A stretch of 57,681 bases of DNA from a virus (Duplodnaviria; Caudoviricetes), in IMG/VR virus record IMGVR_UViG_3300047094_000686, positions 1-57,681 of that record; one strand, given 5' to 3'. Below, one piece after another: positions 16,518 through 25,634 of this stretch; positions within the stretch are counted from its first letter, which is position 1, and each line of letters begins with the position of its first letter. The translations under genes and the position numbers were made by a program. The notes under the pieces are model-generated. The model saw nothing but the letters and a program-made list of their open reading frames with translations. It ran no database searches and was not told the DNA's origin.

Positions 16518-18983
16518 ATGTCAACAGTAAGAATTCAAGTAAGACGAGGAACAGCATCAGAATGGACCTCAGCAAATCCTACACTAGCCGCAGGTGAACT
16601 AGGTGTTGAAACAGACACCAGAAAAATTAAGGTCGGATCTGGAAGCACAGCATGGACCAGCCTTTCATACATTGCAGCAGACTCACCAGCAATTTCAGAA
16701 ATTGCACAAGATGCAATTGATGCAGCCCTTTCAATGGGAGCAGGTCTTACAAAATCTTACAATGACAACGGTAATACAATTTCTATTAACATCGATGATT
16801 CTGTTGTTGCACTTAAAACTTATGTTGACTCCCAAGTAGGCTCATTACAAAATACTGTAACTCAAGACTACGTACCAGTAGAAGATGTTGGAAACCCTGG
16901 CGGACCAGCAAAATTAGATGTTGATGGAAATTTATTAATTCCTAAATCAAGCATTATAATTGAAGGATCTACAGCTAATGAATTTGAAACAACACTTACA
17001 GCAACAAATCCAACAGCAGATCGAACTATTTCTTTGCCAGATAATTCAGGAACCGTAGCTTTAGTAGGAGATATTGCAGAACTTTCACAAGATGCAATTA
17101 ATGACTCTATTTCTGCAGGATTTGGTATAACAAAATCTTATAACGACAATACAAATACAATAGAATTAGTCGTAGACACCTCAGAAGTTGCAACTGTAGT
17201 AGCACTAAACTCAGTAGCTTCTTCTTTAAATATACATAAAGCAGCGCATGTTGCCACAACATCTGCCTTAGCAGCAACTTATACAGCAGGATCTGCTGAT
17301 TTAGGAAATGGAACTGGAATTGGTGCAACATTAACAATGAACTCAAATGGAACATTATCAATAGATGATGTTTTATTAGTTGCAGGATATAGAGTTGTTG
17401 TAAAAGATCAAGCAAATAACATTCATAATGGTATTTATGAGGTTACAAATGCTGGATCAGCATCCGCCCCAGTAGTTTTAACTAGAGCTCAAGACTACAA
17501 TAATTCAAATGAACAATTACCTCTTGATGTAGAACAGGGCGATGTTATCTACGTAATAAGCGGAACAGAAAATGGCCTAAAGCAATTTTCTCAAATATAT
17601 ACAGGAACAAATACAGATGGATCTGTTAGAATTGGTACAGATGCAATAGACTTTACACAAATATCAGGAACATCAAGCTTTAATGTAGGAGATGGAATAC
17701 TTAAAACAGATAACACTATTCGTGTAGATACAGAATTTGTTTTAACTACAGCAGAAGCAGATACAACATATTTGAAAATTTTAGATGCAGGTACAACATA
17801 CTTAAGCCAAGCAGATGCTGCATCAGATTATTTAACAATAACTGGTGCAGAAACAACTTATTTAACCCAAGCAAATGCTGGCACAACATATTTAACTCAA
17901 GCAAATGCAACAAGTACTTATTTTGCAAAAAATACAAATGAAATTGGCAATGCAAACATTGCATCTAATGCTGGTATTCAGGCTACAAAAATATCTGGAA
18001 CTGCAATTACAGGAGCAGATACAGCAACAGTAACAAATACAATGCTTGCAGGATCTATTGCTAATGATAAGCTTTCTAATTCAACAATTTCAGGAAAAGC
18101 ACTTGGAACTAATTTAGATGCATTAACAATTGGAACTGGTTTAACTGGTACATCTTATAATGGTTCATCACCAGTAACAGTTGAAATAGATTCAACAGTT
18201 GCTACTTTAACTGGCTCACAAACACTTACAAATAAAACAATTACTGCACCTCTTGGATTAGTAAAAGGAGATGTCGGCCTTGGTAACGTAGATAACACTA
18301 CAGATGCTAATAAGCCAGTGTCATCAGCAACACAGACAGCTCTTGATCTAAAGGCACCGTTGGCCTCACCAGCACTTACTGGAGTCCCAACAGCCCCTAC
18401 AGCAGCAGCAGCAACTAACACTACGCAAATTGCTACTACAGAGTTTGTTCGTGCAGAAGTTGCAGCACTTGTAAATAGTGCAGGTTCAACACTTGATACT
18501 CTTGGAGAAATTGCAACCGCTCTTGGAAATGATGCAAACTTAAGCACAACACTTACAAACAGCATTGCATTAAAAGCCCCACTTGATTCACCAACATTTA
18601 CTGGAACAGTAACAGTTGCAGCAGCAGGTGTAGCATTTACAGATGGAACTCAAACTAAAGAAGGCGTTCCTTCAAGAACTCCAATTATTTCAAAAACTGC
18701 AAACTACACACTTTCAGCAGCATCTGAAAGAGATTCATTAATTGAAGTAAACTCTACAGATCCTGTAACAATTACAATTCCAACAAATTCAGCAGTTGCT
18801 TTCCCAACAGGAACAACACTAGATATACTTGGAGTTAATACAGGATTAATTACAATTGCAGGAGATACAGGCGTAACAGTAAATGCTACTCCTGGATTAA
18901 AACTACGTACTCAATGGTCATCATGTACATTATTCAAGAGAGCAGAAAACTCTTGGGTAGTATACGGCGACCTGAAGTCATAA
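16518..18983 (+). CDS. Fibre protein with Mtd_N-like N-terminus and C-terminal GDL domain
   Basis: IQVRRGTASEWTSANPTLAAGELGVETDT N-terminus and fibre repeats; C-terminal domain shared with 26232-27362. Confidence 0.75.
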   Translation: MSTVRIQVRRGTASEWTSANPTLAAGELGVETDTRKIKVGSGSTAWTSLSYIAADSPAISEIAQDAIDAALSMGAGLTKSYNDNGNTISINIDDSVVALKTYVDSQVGSLQNTVTQDYVPVEDVGNPGGPAKLDVDGNLLIPKSSIIIEGSTANEFETTLTATNPTADRTISLPDNSGTVALVGDIAELSQDAINDSISAGFGITKSYNDNTNTIELVVDTSEVATVVALNSVASSLNIHKAAHVATTSALAATYTAGSADLGNGTGIGATLTMNSNGTLSIDDVLLVAGYRVVVKDQANNIHNGIYEVTNAGSASAPVVLTRAQDYNNSNEQLPLDVEQGDVIYVISGTENGLKQFSQIYTGTNTDGSVRIGTDAIDFTQISGTSSFNVGDGILKTDNTIRVDTEFVLTTAEADTTYLKILDAGTTYLSQADAASDYLTITGAETTYLTQANAGTTYLTQANATSTYFAKNTNEIGNANIASNAGIQATKISGTAITGADTATVTNTMLAGSIANDKLSNSTISGKALGTNLDALTIGTGLTGTSYNGSSPVTVEIDSTVATLTGSQTLTNKTITAPLGLVKGDVGLGNVDNTTDANKPVSSATQTALDLKAPLASPALTGVPTAPTAAAATNTTQIATTEFVRAEVAALVNSAGSTLDTLGEIATALGNDANLSTTLTNSIALKAPLDSPTFTGTVTVAAAGVAFTDGTQTKEGVPSRTPIISKTANYTLSAASERDSLIEVNSTDPVTITIPTNSAVAFPTGTTLDILGVNTGLITIAGDTGVTVNATPGLKLRTQWSSCTLFKRAENSWVVYGDLKS

Positions 18984-18995
18984 GGAGAATTATAA

Positions 18996-20333
18996 ATGAG
19001 TAAAAGAGCTGGTAGAAAATCACAGTCATCAAATGACTTTTTAGAGCCAAAACCCGTAGAAAATTTAACTGTAACAGATGTTGGAACAAGTAGGACGTAT
19101 AACGATGGCGCAGCAGATCTTTCTTGGGAGCTACCAGCTGGATCACCGCCAGCAACTTCTTACTCAATAACAACAAATCCTAGCTCATCAACTTTTACAA
19201 CATCAAATACATCATATAGAGTAGAAGGATTATCATCTGACACCTCTTATGTATTTTTAGTAACTGGATCTAATGCTGCTGGAACATCTGCTGCAACATC
19301 ATCTAGTTCGACATTAATCACTACTGTACCAGCACAACCTGTTTCTGTAAGCGCATCTTCACCAACTGTAAATCAAGATAGCGTTTCCTGGTCATCAGGA
19401 GGAACTGGCGGTAAGACAATTACAAGCTATACCGTTGTTTCTTCAGATGGACCTGAGTACACAAATCAAACTTCACCAGCAACAATTTCAGAAACTGGAG
19501 GAACATCACAGACCTATACAATTTATGCAATAAATGCTAATGGAACGTCTTTGGGAGCAACCACCGCTTCTGTAACTACAACGGCACCGTTCTTCCCACC
19601 GTTCTTCCCGTACTTCCCACCGTTCTTCCCGTACTTCCCACCGTTCTTCCCGTACTTCCCACCGTTTTTCCCATTCTTCCCGTTCTTCCCACCGTTCTTC
19701 CCGTACTTCCCACCGTTCTTCCCGTACTTCCCACCGTTTTTCCCATTCTTCCCGTTCTTCCCACCGTTCTTCCCACCAAGATTTGGACCGTTCTTCCCAC
19801 CAGCATTTGGACCTTACTTCGTCAGATGCGTAGATGGAGACACTTTAATATTAACAAGCGAAGGATTAAAACCTGCTAGAGATATTAAGATGGGTGACAA
19901 GTTGCTAACAGTAGACGCTAAAGCAATCTCTGAAGAGTCTAACTTTGCACCACTTCAAATAAATGTCAATGATTTGCAAATAGGAAATCTTGTACACACT
20001 GAAGTGACAAATATAATAGCCTCAGATAAAGTAGATAGAGTTTACTTTAACGATGACGTAACAGCTCAATTTACTGAAACTCACCCAATATTCGTAAAGC
20101 GAAATAATGAATATCGTGTAGTAGAAGCAGGCACAGTGCAAGAAGGAGATTCTTTAATAAAAATTAATCTAGAGTCTCTAAAAGAAACACTGTCTATGCC
20201 AGAGGTGATATCAGAAATAGAGGTTACAAAGGTAAATAAAGTAACTTTAGATTCACCAAAAGATGTATACACATTTAGTTGTGATTCATATAACTGGTAT
20301 TTTGCTGGTAATATATTAACTCACAATAAATAG
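18996..20333 (+). CDS. FN3-like domains + PPFF repeat + C-terminal Hint (intein-like) domain protein
   Basis: Two FN3-like units (LSW..P, Y.V.GL, Y.F.V...NAAG); Hint block A CVDGDTLI, block B FTETHPIF, and C-terminal VYTF...NWYFAGNILTHNK. Confidence 0.8.
   Translation: MSKRAGRKSQSSNDFLEPKPVENLTVTDVGTSRTYNDGAADLSWELPAGSPPATSYSITTNPSSSTFTTSNTSYRVEGLSSDTSYVFLVTGSNAAGTSAATSSSSTLITTVPAQPVSVSASSPTVNQDSVSWSSGGTGGKTITSYTVVSSDGPEYTNQTSPATISETGGTSQTYTIYAINANGTSLGATTASVTTTAPFFPPFFPYFPPFFPYFPPFFPYFPPFFPFFPFFPPFFPYFPPFFPYFPPFFPFFPFFPPFFPPRFGPFFPPAFGPYFVRCVDGDTLILTSEGLKPARDIKMGDKLLTVDAKAISEESNFAPLQINVNDLQIGNLVHTEVTNIIASDKVDRVYFNDDVTAQFTETHPIFVKRNNEYRVVEAGTVQEGDSLIKINLESLKETLSMPEVISEIEVTKVNKVTLDSPKDVYTFSCDSYNWYFAGNILTHNK
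19587..19820 (+). repeat. Coding tandem repeat for PPFFPYF
   Basis: Five exact copies of the 21-mer CCACCGTTCTTCCCGTACTTC; higher-order 72-nt duplication at 19617-19688 and 19689-19760. Confidence 0.9.
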
Positions 20334-20340
20334 TAAAATA

Positions 20341-20369
20341 ATTATTAGGGCCCAAAAGGCCCTAATAAT
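20341..20369. terminator. Hairpin, putative terminator
   Basis: ATTATTAGGGCC-CAAAA-GGCCCTAATAAT, a 12-bp inverted repeat. Confidence 0.6.
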
Positions 20370-20370
20370 C

Positions 20371-20399
20371 TTGACAATATATATATAATTATATATAAT
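20371..20399 (+). promoter_or_regulatory. Consensus sigma70 promoter for the oxygenase operon
   Basis: Perfect TTGACA, 17-nt spacer, TATAAT. Confidence 0.8.
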
Positions 20400-20422
20400 A
20401 TATTTCTAGCAGAAAGAATAAA

Positions 20423-21142
20423 ATGTCAGATATTTATGATATAGACAGCAATCCTTGGTTTACAAAAGATAGGTCGGAATCAACTTCTTTTAGAGTAGAA
20501 AGATCTTTTGGAAATATTAAAGTTTTAAATCCAGGAATTGGATTAAATATTTATCAATCAGCTATTACAAGCGATGTTTGTGAAACATCAATTAAAACAT
20601 TAGAAGATAAATTAACTAACGGATCACTTTATAAATGGTCAGAGGCACAAGTTACAACTTCCGACAAGCCAGTAAAATCTGCAAGAGACTGTGTTGATTT
20701 TAAATTCAAGCCAGAAAACCTTGGACAAAGAAATGAAAACAATGCAGAACTTTTAGATATGCATAAATCAATATATGATGTATTAAAAAAATGTATAGAT
20801 GATTATTGTCAATACTGGGGAATTAATGTAATATATTATGAAGCATTTAACTTTGTAAAATACACAAGCCCAGGACAACACTTTAGAGTTCATGCAGATC
20901 ATGGACCGCATTATAATTGTACAGTATCTGCTGTAATTTATTTAAACGATAACTACGAAGGCGGAGAAATAGCATTTCCAAGATTAGACAAATTAGTATA
21001 CAAGCCAAAACGTGGTGATGTAGTAATATTCCCATCAAACTATATATATGAACACTCTTCAGAACCAATGATTTCTGGGGATAAGTATTCAGTTGTAGTT
21101 ATGATGGATATTAATCTATTAGGACATAAGGAGAACAAATGA
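20423..21142 (+). CDS. 2OG-Fe(II) oxygenase, P4H-like
   Basis: HAD, YLNDNYEGGE, YEH and KYS motifs. Confidence 0.9.
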   Translation: MSDIYDIDSNPWFTKDRSESTSFRVERSFGNIKVLNPGIGLNIYQSAITSDVCETSIKTLEDKLTNGSLYKWSEAQVTTSDKPVKSARDCVDFKFKPENLGQRNENNAELLDMHKSIYDVLKKCIDDYCQYWGINVIYYEAFNFVKYTSPGQHFRVHADHGPHYNCTVSAVIYLNDNYEGGEIAFPRLDKLVYKPKRGDVVIFPSNYIYEHSSEPMISGDKYSVVVMMDINLLGHKENK

Positions 21143-21798
21143 CAAATACTCAGACATGGTCTAGCGCAGAAGATTTAGGTTCTGGAATTTGGGTGTACAG
21201 AGATGTTTTAACAAAAGATTTAAATTTAATTGAAAGATTAGAAAAAGAACTAGATGGCAAGTCTCCAAATTACACCTGGCAACCAGCATATGTTGGATAT
21301 CAAGAAAGAATGCCAGAGTATAGAGAATGCGTTGATTTTAAATTTAAAAAAACAGACATAGAGCAAGACAAATCAGAAGTTTCTTTATCTTTACAGCAAA
21401 TATGGCAAGACTGCTACGACAAACAAGCACCAGCAGTTCAAGATTATTGTAAAAAACATAATATACATAAACTGCAATACTGGGAAGCTTTTAATTTTAT
21501 TAAATATGTGCCTGGTCATCACTTTATGGAACATCATGATCATGGGTTCTCCTATAACTGTACAGTTTCATTGGTAGGGTATTTAAATGACGACTATGAA
21601 GGTGGAGAGTTATATTTTAGATTACAAAATTTAAATATTAAGCCAAAAACAGGAGATTTATACATATTCCCATCTACATATATGTATCCTCATCAAGCTA
21701 AAGTAGTTAAATCAGGAACTAAATATTCTTTGGTTACAATGTTAGATTATAGTGCTAAATTCCATACTCAGGAAATGTATCAAGATACTGGCAACTAG
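21139..21798 (+). CDS. 2OG-Fe(II) oxygenase, P4H-like
   Basis: HHD, YLNDDYEGGE, YPH and KYS motifs; paralogue of the preceding gene. Confidence 0.9.
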   Translation: MTNTQTWSSAEDLGSGIWVYRDVLTKDLNLIERLEKELDGKSPNYTWQPAYVGYQERMPEYRECVDFKFKKTDIEQDKSEVSLSLQQIWQDCYDKQAPAVQDYCKKHNIHKLQYWEAFNFIKYVPGHHFMEHHDHGFSYNCTVSLVGYLNDDYEGGELYFRLQNLNIKPKTGDLYIFPSTYMYPHQAKVVKSGTKYSLVTMLDYSAKFHTQEMYQDTGN

Positions 21799-22517
21799 TG
21801 TCAATACTAAAAGCGTACAAGACTAATCCAGACTCATTTATTATAGAGCCTCTTTCTATAAAAAGAGATTGGATGGAAAACACACCTGATAAACATGCTT
21901 ATCATTGTTTTCCTGTCACTATGGCAAATTCAATTGGCTGGACACTCTCTTGTCCAGTTGATTTAAAATTTATATGGAATGGAATAACAGATACAACACC
22001 AGATACTGTTAAAATATTGTCTGGAGAGCAATACGGATATACTGGTAGAGGACAAGGAACAGTTAGTCTTATGACTGGTTTAATATTTAAATCAAAACAA
22101 GACGTCAGTTTATTAACTATAAATTGTTTAAATTACTTTTATGAAGACTTTGAAGTAATGGCTTCATTAATTAGTACATCATTTTATCCAAACGAATTAC
22201 CATTAGCAATAAAAGCAAAAACTGCAAATAAAGAAATTATAATAAAAGCTGGCACTCCAATAGCAACAATTATTCCAATTTCATTAACTAAATTAAAGGA
22301 TGAGTTTATAGAAATAGAAAATTTTATACACAATCCAGAATATGCTCAAAAACAAAAAAGTTATGGAGATGCTGCTCAAGAAATAAACAAATCTGGGCAG
22401 TGGACAGACTGGTATAGAGATGCTGTAGATGAAAATAAAAATTCAGTTGGATCACACGAAGTTAAATCATTAAAACTAAAAGTAATAGATAATACCTTGG
22501 ATAAAAATAATGAATAA
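21798..22517 (+). CDS. DUF6065-like protein
   Basis: RDWME.TPDKHAYHCFPVTMANSIGW and AGTPIATIIP resemble the DUF6065 family (from recall, not searched). Confidence 0.65.
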   Translation: MSILKAYKTNPDSFIIEPLSIKRDWMENTPDKHAYHCFPVTMANSIGWTLSCPVDLKFIWNGITDTTPDTVKILSGEQYGYTGRGQGTVSLMTGLIFKSKQDVSLLTINCLNYFYEDFEVMASLISTSFYPNELPLAIKAKTANKEIIIKAGTPIATIIPISLTKLKDEFIEIENFIHNPEYAQKQKSYGDAAQEINKSGQWTDWYRDAVDENKNSVGSHEVKSLKLKVIDNTLDKNNE

Positions 22518-23238
22518 TAAAATTAAATTTGTTTCTAATAGACCATGGCTAAACAAAGATAGTATATCAAAACCCTCCCCATCAATTAAAGAAATACCAG
22601 AATGGTTTAGGAAAGCAGATAGATTTGCAATAAATCCATTAACAAAAGATTACTGGAAAGGTCCAGACGGAGGCAAAATACCAACCTGGAAAGCGTGTCC
22701 AGCAATATTTGATATTCTTGGAACAGGATATGTTTTAAAAACTCCATGCGATGTTAAATTTTATTTAAAAAATAATAAAATGTCAGTAGAAATTAAAGAA
22801 GAAAAATATAAAGACTTTTGTTCTGAAAGACAACCAATGCCGCAATTTGTTCATCCGCAGGGATATTATAAAGAACATTTTGCATGGTATCCAGACTGGG
22901 CAATAGAACTTCCAGAAGGATATAGTGCATTATATACAACCCCATTTAATAGATTTGACTTGCCATTTCTTATGTCTGCAGGAATTGTAGATAATGATAA
23001 AATAAATTTACCAGGTACAATGCCCTTTTTTATTATAAAAGGATTTGAAGGCGTGATTCCAGCAGGAACACCTTATGCACAAATAATTCCATTTAAAAGA
23101 GAAGATTGGCACTCAGAAGTTTTTATAGAAAATCCAAATAGTCTATATAAAAAAAATCAAAATAACAGCGATAAATATAGAGTAAAAGATGGTGGAGTTT
23201 ATAAAAATGAAGTTTGGTCTAAAAGAAACTATGAATAG
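22510..23238 (+). CDS. Conserved phage protein, DUF6065-related (possibly dUTPase-like beta fold)
   Basis: PEWFRK, TWKACP, GIVDND and AGTPYAQIIPFKREDW motifs. Confidence 0.6.
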   Translation: MNNKIKFVSNRPWLNKDSISKPSPSIKEIPEWFRKADRFAINPLTKDYWKGPDGGKIPTWKACPAIFDILGTGYVLKTPCDVKFYLKNNKMSVEIKEEKYKDFCSERQPMPQFVHPQGYYKEHFAWYPDWAIELPEGYSALYTTPFNRFDLPFLMSAGIVDNDKINLPGTMPFFIIKGFEGVIPAGTPYAQIIPFKREDWHSEVFIENPNSLYKKNQNNSDKYRVKDGGVYKNEVWSKRNYE

Positions 23239-23255
23239 GATGGTATAATAAATAT

Positions 23256-23939
23256 ATGGATAGAGAATTAGCTAATGATACAAAAAATTATAACAATAGG
23301 ATTTCTATAACACCATCTGGATTTTTTGGATCTTCTCCAGATATGATTCAAGCAAGAGAAAATTTTATGACACCAGAAGAGTTAGAATTCCTATCTAATT
23401 GTGCAAGAAATATATCAGAGTGGGACGTCACACAAACACACTATAATGAAAATGGAACAATTATTTATGATTCATCTTATTGGGATAATAGGGTAGCGTC
23501 TAGACCTATTTTAGATAAAGCGGACCCAGAAATTTCAAATGTTATTGGAAGAATGGTTGATAGATTAAAAATTGAAGTAGATAACTTTTTTAAAGTCGAT
23601 GCGTTTCCCACCAGCCCAGCAATAGTAAGGTGGATGCCAGGATATAAACAACTCCCTCATGCTGATAAAGAACTTCATGAGGGATTAGACGCAGGAAAAC
23701 CAAATGATTTTCCGTACTATGACTTATCTGGATTATTTTATTTAAATGATGATTATGAGGGAGGGGAACTATATTTTCCACAGCATAACATACAATTTAA
23801 ACCAAAACCAGGAGCAGCATATTTTTTTCCTGGAGATATGAATTATATTCATGGTGTTACTGAAATTACAAGTGGCATTAGATATGTAATCCCATTTTTT
23901 TGGACAATATTAAAGCACACTGGAGAAAAACAACTATGA
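23256..23939 (+). CDS. 2OG-Fe(II) oxygenase, P4H-like
   Basis: HAD, YLNDDYEGGE, YIHGV and RY motifs. Confidence 0.9.
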   Translation: MDRELANDTKNYNNRISITPSGFFGSSPDMIQARENFMTPEELEFLSNCARNISEWDVTQTHYNENGTIIYDSSYWDNRVASRPILDKADPEISNVIGRMVDRLKIEVDNFFKVDAFPTSPAIVRWMPGYKQLPHADKELHEGLDAGKPNDFPYYDLSGLFYLNDDYEGGELYFPQHNIQFKPKPGAAYFFPGDMNYIHGVTEITSGIRYVIPFFWTILKHTGEKQL

Positions 23940-24757
23940 GCAAAGAGATAGAGTTTATCTCTATATATCCTAAAATAAATGTTTATAAAAATGTTTTTAA
24001 TGATGTTGATAGTTTTTTAGAAAAATCAAAAAAATTAACTAGTTGGGATTCATGGTATACATTTGGGGAAATGACTGCATTAGCAGAAAAAGTTTTAGAA
24101 TTTGATAATTTTCCAACAAGAAATGAATTTATAAATTCAAGAGATTGGGAAATTAATGAAAATGAGTTTGAAAAACAAATTAAAAAAACATTATCTATAG
24201 AGGTGGGAGAAATTTTTTATGATGTAACCAGTCATTTTCTAAAAATGTACCCAGAAACCTCTTTACCAAATTACTATAAACAATCAGCTTCAATTAATAA
24301 ATATATTAAAAATGGTGAAGGCGTATCTAAAAATTATTTTATGAATTACCATACAGATTTCGTACAAGCAGAAAAAGAGGTCCCAGGTAATAAATTTGGC
24401 ATAACTACTACTTTTTACCTTAACGATGACTATGAAGATGGCGAAATTTGTTTTAAGATTAATGATGAGTTTATTTCTTATAAACCAAAAAAGGGAGACG
24501 TAATTGTTTTCCCTTCAAGACCACCGTACTACCACGGAGTTAAAAAAGCTTTTGGAAACGATAGATATATGATAAGATCTTTTTGGCAATATAAATATGA
24601 AGGTTCAAAAGAATGGCTAGATAATCAAAAAAAATATGGAAAAGACTTATGGGCACAGATGGAAAAAGAAAGAATAAAAGAAGAAGCTTTTGATAATCAA
24701 ATAGATTCAGAATCTGTAAATAGATTTATGGGAAAAGATAATGGTAAATATTTATGA
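23936..24757 (+). CDS. 2OG-Fe(II) oxygenase, P4H-like
   Basis: HTD, YLNDDYEDGE, YYHGV and RY motifs; start at 23936 chosen from the ATGA overlap. Confidence 0.88.
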   Translation: MSKEIEFISIYPKINVYKNVFNDVDSFLEKSKKLTSWDSWYTFGEMTALAEKVLEFDNFPTRNEFINSRDWEINENEFEKQIKKTLSIEVGEIFYDVTSHFLKMYPETSLPNYYKQSASINKYIKNGEGVSKNYFMNYHTDFVQAEKEVPGNKFGITTTFYLNDDYEDGEICFKINDEFISYKPKKGDVIVFPSRPPYYHGVKKAFGNDRYMIRSFWQYKYEGSKEWLDNQKKYGKDLWAQMEKERIKEEAFDNQIDSESVNRFMGKDNGKYL

Positions 24758-24873
24758 AACAATGTACTTGTGGAAGGTCTAATGCGTATCCATATTGCGA
24801 TGGTACACATAAATTAAAAAAAATACAAAAAGAAGAAAATTTAGAGATTAAAGCAAAAGAGGAAAAAGAATGA
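24754..24873 (+). CDS. 39-aa CDGSH-type [2Fe-2S] microprotein (not in ORF track)
   Basis: MKQCTCGRSNAYPYCDGTHKLKKIQKEENLEIKAKEEKE* matches C-x-C-x2-S-x3-P-x-C-D-G-T-H; ATGA overlaps at both ends. Confidence 0.88.
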   Translation: MKQCTCGRSNAYPYCDGTHKLKKIQKEENLEIKAKEEKE

Positions 24874-25634
24874 AAAATGGAATTATAGAACATATAGATA
24901 AATCTAATTTTATTTATTTGCAAAACGAAGAAGTTCCTGTTGATAAAATGGGAGTCCTTGGTGTTAAAGTAAATACAATAGTAGAAATTCCTAATTTTAT
25001 AGATCCTCAAATTGTTCCAAAAATGATAAACTTTTTTGAAAATTGTGATGTTGACTGGGGAGATATTGCATTTTATGGATCATCTGGAAAAGGAATTAAA
25101 ACAGATGCAGAAACAATGAAAAAATTTGATCTCCCAGAAGGATTTTTTGATAAATTAAAAGATAAATATCAAGAAGCAGTTCAAACAGTATTTGAAAGAG
25201 AAGTTAGGGCAAATACATCTCATGCACAAAAATGGGACATTGGAGGATTTGCAAGCCCGCACTCAGATAATTCAGATAATGATGGAAAACCAAATGCTTT
25301 TGAAATAAATAAATATGTAGGAATATTGTATCTTAATGACGACTATGAGGGCGGAGAACTATACTTTTGTGATAAAGATAATAATATGGAAACGTATTTA
25401 TCGTTTAAACCAAATGTTTATTCTTATTATGTTTTTCCTGGTGGTTATGAAAATATTCACGGAGTATCAGAAATAACTAAAGGTACAAGATACACCATGG
25501 TTTCATTCTGGGACTACGCAGATTCAGTTTATGATCAAGAAACATTAGATCGATGGGAAGAAGAAGAAAAAGAAGTAAGAAGGCAACAAGCAATTCAAAA
25601 AGAAGAATGGCTAAAAGGAAACAAATATGCTTAA
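24870..25634 (+). CDS. 2OG-Fe(II) oxygenase, P4H-like
   Basis: HSD, YLNDDYEGGE, NIHGV and RY motifs. Confidence 0.9.
   Translation: MKNGIIEHIDKSNFIYLQNEEVPVDKMGVLGVKVNTIVEIPNFIDPQIVPKMINFFENCDVDWGDIAFYGSSGKGIKTDAETMKKFDLPEGFFDKLKDKYQEAVQTVFEREVRANTSHAQKWDIGGFASPHSDNSDNDGKPNAFEINKYVGILYLNDDYEGGELYFCDKDNNMETYLSFKPNVYSYYVFPGGYENIHGVSEITKGTRYTMVSFWDYADSVYDQETLDRWEEEEKEVRRQQAIQKEEWLKGNKYA

Noticed and set aside
16518-18983. Diversity-generating retroelement, suggested by the Mtd_N-like domain
   Set aside because: No reverse transcriptase is present in the window. The repeated segments differ at synonymous positions of all base types, not specifically at adenines.
19587-19820. CRISPR array or non-coding repeat
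   Set aside because: The repeats are contiguous with no spacers, unit lengths are multiples of 3, and they lie in frame within a CDS.
19827-20333. Canonical splicing intein (also 27832-28338)
   Set aside because: There is no C-extein (Asn is followed by Lys and a stop) and no homing endonuclease, so it is treated as a terminal Hint domain.
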